Origin: Azolla caroliniana
Lineage: Eukaryota > Plantae > Polypodiophyta
DNA: 64,000 nucleotides
NCBI GenBank assembly: GCA_043228905.1
Contig: JBHGNT010000021.1
Coordinates: 1,860,001 to 1,924,000 of the forward strand
Reading direction: 5' to 3'
Shown: piece after piece, positions 59,414-64,000 of the stretch
Layout of the letters: every line of letters starts with the position of its first letter
Numbering within the stretch: position 1 is the first letter of the stretch
The notes under the pieces: generated by a model
What the model saw: the letters and a program-made list of their open reading frames with translations, nothing else
What the model was told of the DNA's origin: nothing
Database searches by the model: none
Position numbers and translations under genes: made by a program

Positions 59414-62400
59414 TCATTCCTCGCCCGTCGGTTCTTCCTCGTTGTCGGATCGTTCGTCACTGCTGACCAGGAGAGCCGGGTCTGGCTCGTCGTCGTGTCG
59501 CTTCTTGAACGCCTTGATCCGCTTCCCTGCAACCGGTATCGCCATTCTCGTGCGGTCGAGTTCCGCCAGGTGATATGTCCCGTTGTCATTGGCGCTCTGT
59601 ACCACGTAAGGCCCGAACCACCTTCGTGCGAACTTCCGTGTAGCTCGGTGCTGGTTGTCGAGGCTGCTGTCGTAGACGAGCACCCAGTCACCTTCTTCGA
59701 TTTTCTTCGGTCGGAGCCGGTGCGTTCGGTCGAACCTGGCTTTGTTCTTTATCCTCGCCACCCGGAGCTTCTCCGCAGCCAGTTCCACGTCCTCCGGTCT
59801 CCGCTCGAGCTGTCGTATGCGCGCGGCCAACAACTCCTCCCGGCTCATCTCGTCCCTCCAGTCGACCGTTGCCCACGAGGAGATAGCCCGTTCTATCGGC
59901 ATGATCGGCTTCTGGCCGAACATGAGCTCCGTCGGCATGTACCCGGTTACCGAACTGTGCGTGGTCCGGTCTGCCCACAAAGCATAAGGTAGCAGCCGCG
60001 GCCAGTCACCGACTCGGCCTCCGCATGCCCGAACCAACGCCTTGACGATCGGTCCGTGTCCGCGCTCCACCTTTCCATTCGCCTCCGGATTGTACGCAGT
60101 GGTGAGCGAGAGCTTGACTCCCAGCCGGTCGAACAGCTCCGCGGCTTCTTCGGCGTCCAACTCCCCTCGGTCAGCCACGATCTTCCCGACGCACCCGTAC
60201 CGGCATATCACGTCCTCGATTAGGAACCGGCATACGGCCGCGGTCGTTTTGTTCGGAAGGGCCCGGCCTTCCACCTGGTTCGTCAGATCCTCCCGCGCTA
60301 GGACCAGGTACCGCATCTGTCCTACCCCCATTGGCATCGTCACCAGATCTACCATCCATTTGAAGTGGATGGTCGGAGGGTACGTGGGGTGAAGCTCGTC
60401 CCGATGTCGGACTATGGAGTGCATCTGACAGCTCTCGCAAGTTGTCACGAACCGATGCACGTCCCGGTACTGCCCCAGCCACCAATACTTCCCCTTCAGT
60501 TTCTCAAACGTAGCCCATGTTCCACGGTGTCCAGCCCAAGGGCTGTCGTGGTAGGCCGTCAGCAGCTCCTCCTGTTCTTCCTTCATCGCCACCACCCGGA
60601 GCGGAGCGCCGTCCTTCTTCTTCGGGTGCTTCCATAGATAGCCATCCCGGAGAAAGAACCGGTACGCTTTCTTCCGGATCCGGTTGGCCTCGTCCTTCGT
60701 CCATGACGCATCGGGCGTCATTGTCTTCAAAAACCCACCGATCTGCAGCCACTCCCCGTCGTACTTGCTCGCGTCGAAGTCGTTAGGTGCCGGAGTGCTT
60801 GTCCCGTCGGTTGTTACATACGCAGTCTCGAAGAAGTCCACGCCGACCTCTTCGTCCTCCGAAATCATGCCGCCTTCGTCATCGAATCTCGCCCTTGAAA
60901 GCATGTCGGCCATGGCGTTGTCTTTCCCGGAAATGTGTCGTATTACCGGGTCTAGGGACTTGATGTACGCTATCCACCTGAGCATTGCCAGGTCCGGCGT
61001 CGCGCATCCGGAAACCATGCCGAGAATCGGCATGCAATCCGTCTCTATGATTACCTCCGTCCCGATCAGATAGTCCTTGTCGGCCTTCACCGCCGAAACG
61101 ATACCCCAGAGTTCACGTTTAACCTGGGCGTATCCTCGCTGCCGTTCGCTGAGGACCTTCGCGCCGAATCGGATCGGAAACCGATTGCCGTCCTCGTCTT
61201 CTTGGTTGACGACCCACCCGATTCCGGTCGGACTCGTGTCAACCGTTATGTACACTGGGGTGCCCTTCCTGTAGACGGCCTTTCGGAGCGCCGGTGCTGC
61301 CGAAAGAGCCTCCTTCAGCTTCCGGACCGACTCCGTGTGCTTGTCTAGCCATTCGAATCTTTGCCCTTTCCTCAATAATCCGTATAGCGGCTCCGCAACA
61401 TGGGCGTAATGCGGGATCCATATGTGGTAGAATGCGCATGCCCCCAGGAATCTTCGTACTTCCGTGACCGAGCTGCAGTCGGGCTTCATCGAGGAGATGG
61501 CTTCTACCTTTGCCGGAGACGGTTTCCGGCCATATGGCCCACATAAGTGTCCGACCACCATGATTTCCGATTGCCCGAAGGCTGATTTCTCCCCCGAGAA
61601 GGTGAGCCTCGCATCCTCTAGCCTTTGCAGCACCTTCTCGCAGTCGTCGATGTGCGCCATCACGAACCGCCGGCATCCGTCCGGGCCGACCGTCTCGTCC
61701 TTCTCTTCTACCGGGCATCCCTTGATCGGGATGTCGTCTAGAAACGGCATGGTGATGTCCGGGATGCAGTCCCTCAGCACCTTGTTCATTGCATTCACAA
61801 TGTGGGCCACCGAGTTGGTCCCTCCTTGCGGCAGCGTACACATCCGCACTAGGCCGAGGGGAGTTCGCATCGTCGTAATGTCTCTACTCTCCACGGCTAG
61901 CTGGAACTGGTCGTACCCTGAGTATAGATCACCGACCGAGTAAATCGACCTTCCGGAGAAGGCCTCCGCGAACTCGTCTATGGTCGGTCCGATCCCTGCG
62001 TTCCGAATGGTCACTTTGTTGACCGGCTGCAGGTCCTGAATGAAGCGCAATGATCCGTTTTTCTTTGGTACGGTAAACCATCGGTTTGAATACGGGGCGC
62101 TCGATGGCTCGAGAATGCCCATATCAACTTTCTGCTTCAACAGCCCCATCAACTTCGGGATGTGAGCTCTCGGAACCGGAATTGGCTTGAGATTCCACGG
62201 TACATGCGGTACTGTGAATATCACCATCGGTTCTACGATCGTCGGGTCTACGCACCCGATTTCCTCCGGTGAGAATGCGAAGGCTTTCCCGTGCCTTCCG
62301 AGCATTCTCCGGAACCGGTCTTCCTCCGCCGGCAGTAGGAACCCGCCCCCACCGATCTTCAGCTCGCGGAGCGTCTCGTTGGTGAAGGTGTGTCCTATGC

Positions 62401-62896
62401 TGGCCCGATCTCGTAAGCTGGGGTCCGATGCAACCCCTTTAATCCTGGATTCACTGCCCTCCGGTAAGGGCGCCGCAACTGGCCTCACCTTCCGGTCCAC
62501 CGTCTTGTACTTGGTGCTAACTCGGGCCGTCCGTTCCGACTCGAGCCCTCGACCGAAGTCCGCGATGACTTCGTACATTTCTTCTGAACATACCGGTATC
62601 GCCCGGTCCTCGATAAGGTCTTCTTCGACTACCCTCCCCAGCATTCCCAAGGTGTCGTCGAAGGAGACTGCCTCCACGGCTCCGTTGATTTCTTCGTCAG
62701 GGCCGAGAACTCCGCACGCCCGAAGTCTCCCCTCCGTCTTTGTTTTCTCTCGGCCGGTGATGCCGACCATCGTACATGCTCCGCTGTTGGAGAAGCAAAA
62801 TTTCCTACCTATTGTACACGGTTTTATCGTACAGATGTGGGGTTTTCCCGGAGCATCCGGACTGTCGCGGCCCCACGCCTTGGCAGTCCTCTCTAA
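59414..62896 (-). CDS. pol: pol (RT-RH-INT) of I
   Basis: 1118-aa ORF 59414..62770, highly similar to F pol and open back to the slippery site. Confidence 0.93.
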   Translation of the reverse strand, partial: LERTAKAWGRDSPDAPGKPHICTIKPCTIGRKFCFSNSGACTMVGITGREKTKTEGRLRACGVLGPDEEINGAVEAVSFDDTLGMLGRVVEEDLIEDRAIPVCSEEMYEVIADFGRGLESERTARVSTKYKTVDRKVRPVAAPLPEGSESRIKGVASDPSLRDRASIGHTFTNETLRELKIGGGGFLLPAEEDRFRRMLGRHGKAFAFSPEEIGCVDPTIVEPMVIFTVPHVPWNLKPIPVPRAHIPKLMGLLKQKVDMGILEPSSAPYSNRWFTVPKKNGSLRFIQDLQPVNKVTIRNAGIGPTIDEFAEAFSGRSIYSVGDLYSGYDQFQLAVESRDITTMRTPLGLVRMCTLPQGGTNSVAHIVNAMNKVLRDCIPDITMPFLDDIPIKGCPVEEKDETVGPDGCRRFVMAHIDDCEKVLQRLEDARLTFSGEKSAFGQSEIMVVGHLCGPYGRKPSPAKVEAISSMKPDCSSVTEVRRFLGACAFYHIWIPHYAHVAEPLYGLLRKGQRFEWLDKHTESVRKLKEALSAAPALRKAVYRKGTPVYITVDTSPTGIGWVVNQEDEDGNRFPIRFGAKVLSERQRGYAQVKRELWGIVSAVKADKDYLIGTEVIIETDCMPILGMVSGCATPDLAMLRWIAYIKSLDPVIRHISGKDNAMADMLSRARFDDEGGMISEDEEVGVDFFETAYVTTDGTSTPAPNDFDASKYDGEWLQIGGFLKTMTPDASWTKDEANRIRKKAYRFFLRDGYLWKHPKKKDGAPLRVVAMKEEQEELLTAYHDSPWAGHRGTWATFEKLKGKYWWLGQYRDVHRFVTTCESCQMHSIVRHRDELHPTYPPTIHFKWMVDLVTMPMGVGQMRYLVLAREDLTNQVEGRALPNKTTAAVCRFLIEDVICRYGCVGKIVADRGELDAEEAAELFDRLGVKLSLTTAYNPEANGKVERGHGPIVKALVRACGGRVGDWPRLLPYALWADRTTHSSVTGYMPTELMFGQKPIMPIERAISSWATVDWRDEMSREELLAARIRQLERRPEDVELAAEKLRVARIKNKARFDRTHRLRPKKIEEGDWVLVYDSSLDNQHRATRKFARRWFGPYVVQSANDNGTYHLAELDRTRMAIPVAGKRIKAFKKRHDDEPDPALLVSSDERSDNEEEPTGEE

Positions 62897-64000
62897 AAAT
62901 CCTCTCGGTTTTCGGAACCGAGGGAGTCGCGGTTACGTTCGTGGTTCGGCCGTACCGTCAGAAACTGGACCGAATGGCGCCCGTCTTGGCTTTTGACCCT
63001 CGCGTAGGCCGAACCGTTGTCCAGCACCTTGGTCTCCATCCGCGCCGCCGTGATGTACGGCTCTCCCAGTATGACCGGATGCGAAGATGTCTCCTGCACG
63101 AAGAAGTGCTGGTCAATCTCGACGTCGCCGATCTTGACTCGCACATTCGGACAGGCCCCGTGCAGCTCCTCGGTGGCGCGCGTTGCCGCCCTTATTTTCC
63201 ACCCGTGCTTGGTGTTGATCGGCCATTTGCCCTTCTTATAGAAGTCCATGGACATCAAGTTGATCTCCGATCCGTGGTCCACCAAAGCTATCACCGGTTC
63301 CTGGACATCGCCGATCTTCACCGGGGTTTCCGTGGTCGCTCGGGCCCAGTGTGGTCTCGAATAGTGGCTTTCCGCCCACTCGTCTCCCAGCGCCATGTCG
63401 TCTAGGTGCGTCGTCCGCACTTCCACTGGTCTTTCCGGTTCTGTCTCCGTTGACAGCCTCTTCCGTTTCACCAAGTCCACGATGGAGTCGTGGAACTCCT
63501 TCTTGGCGATTCCCAGCACCTCTCGTAACGACAGCTCCACCTTGCTGTCGAGGATCCGTTCCTCCAGGACCTTTCGTAAGTCCGTGGTCCTTTCTATCTC
63601 CGTCCCCAGACGGTACCCGCCCTTCTGGGGTTTATCTTTCGTACCGGCCCCGCCGGCTTCGTCCCGTCGTGGCCCGGACCGGGTCTCGTATCGTTGTGAG
63701 GGCCCGGTCGTCCCGGGTTTCCCCACCCGCTTCTCTTCTACCAGGGCCTCGTGGTTTTGGCAAGCGGCTTCCACGAAGCCCGTCTTTTCCTCGACAGGGT
63801 CGCTCCACCCGGTCATCTCCCGTACCCGTTTCTCCGCACGGTCCGATTCCTCCCTTTTAAGCCTTGCATCGGCAAGGCCTTCCAGCATCGTCGGCCAGAA
63901 TCCGGTTTTGCTTTCCCTTCGGGCCTCGTCGCCCCCGACTCGAATGCCGGCCGACGCCGAGTAGTGGACGGTTTCCGCGTGTCGGGCCGCCGCCTCTTCC
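62893..64000 (-). CDS. gag: gag-protease of I, C-terminal part
   Basis: Aligns with F ORF1 and contains ALVDHGSEIN. Confidence 0.9.
   Translation of the reverse strand, partial: EEAAARHAETVHYSASAGIRVGGDEARRESKTGFWPTMLEGLADARLKREESDRAEKRVREMTGWSDPVEEKTGFVEAACQNHEALVEEKRVGKPGTTGPSQRYETRSGPRRDEAGGAGTKDKPQKGGYRLGTEIERTTDLRKVLEERILDSKVELSLREVLGIAKKEFHDSIVDLVKRKRLSTETEPERPVEVRTTHLDDMALGDEWAESHYSRPHWARATTETPVKIGDVQEPVIALVDHGSEINLMSMDFYKKGKWPINTKHGWKIRAATRATEELHGACPNVRVKIGDVEIDQHFFVQETSSHPVILGEPYITAARMETKVLDNGSAYARVKSQDGRHSVQFLTVRPNHERNRDSLGSENREDF

Larger units (their letters stand above)
58528..64000 (-). mobile_element. Ty3/gypsy element I (close sister of F), running off the window
   Basis: 3' LTR 58528-59342 preceded by ACGC, followed by the PPT. 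pol is open and gag-PR continues past 64000. Confidence 0.93.

Overview
Eukaryotic, plant-type DNA (bryophyte-like by inference from the element types) made almost entirely of nested transposable elements; no host gene is supportable. The dominant family is a chromodomain-less Ty3/gypsy group (Phygy/Ylt1-like by inference) with TGTCG...CGACA LTRs, a tRNA-Trp primer-binding site, 4-bp target-site duplications (TSDs) and gag-PR / RT-RH-INT in two ORFs. I label its copies A, B, D, E, F, H, I, plus gag-only C and solo LTRs. Also present: a Tcn1-like chromovirus (G), a Ty1/copia element, a full-length degenerate L1-type LINE, a non-autonomous hAT element, an older gag-PR element (J) and several solo LTRs. 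Nesting reaches five layers (H>G>D>E>F). A 100-N gap lies at 38406-38505. Most notable signals: (1) antisense tRNA-like Pol III A-box/B-box modules in the U3 of three different LTR families; (2) 10 of 11 readable insertion sites of the main family centred on CpG (NCGN); (3) a G-GAU-UUU-UAG -1 frameshift site with a covarying pseudoknot between protease and RT; (4) a young gag-only non-autonomous element; (5) a covarying hairpin just upstream of the polypurine tract (PPT). All alignments and counts were made by eye.
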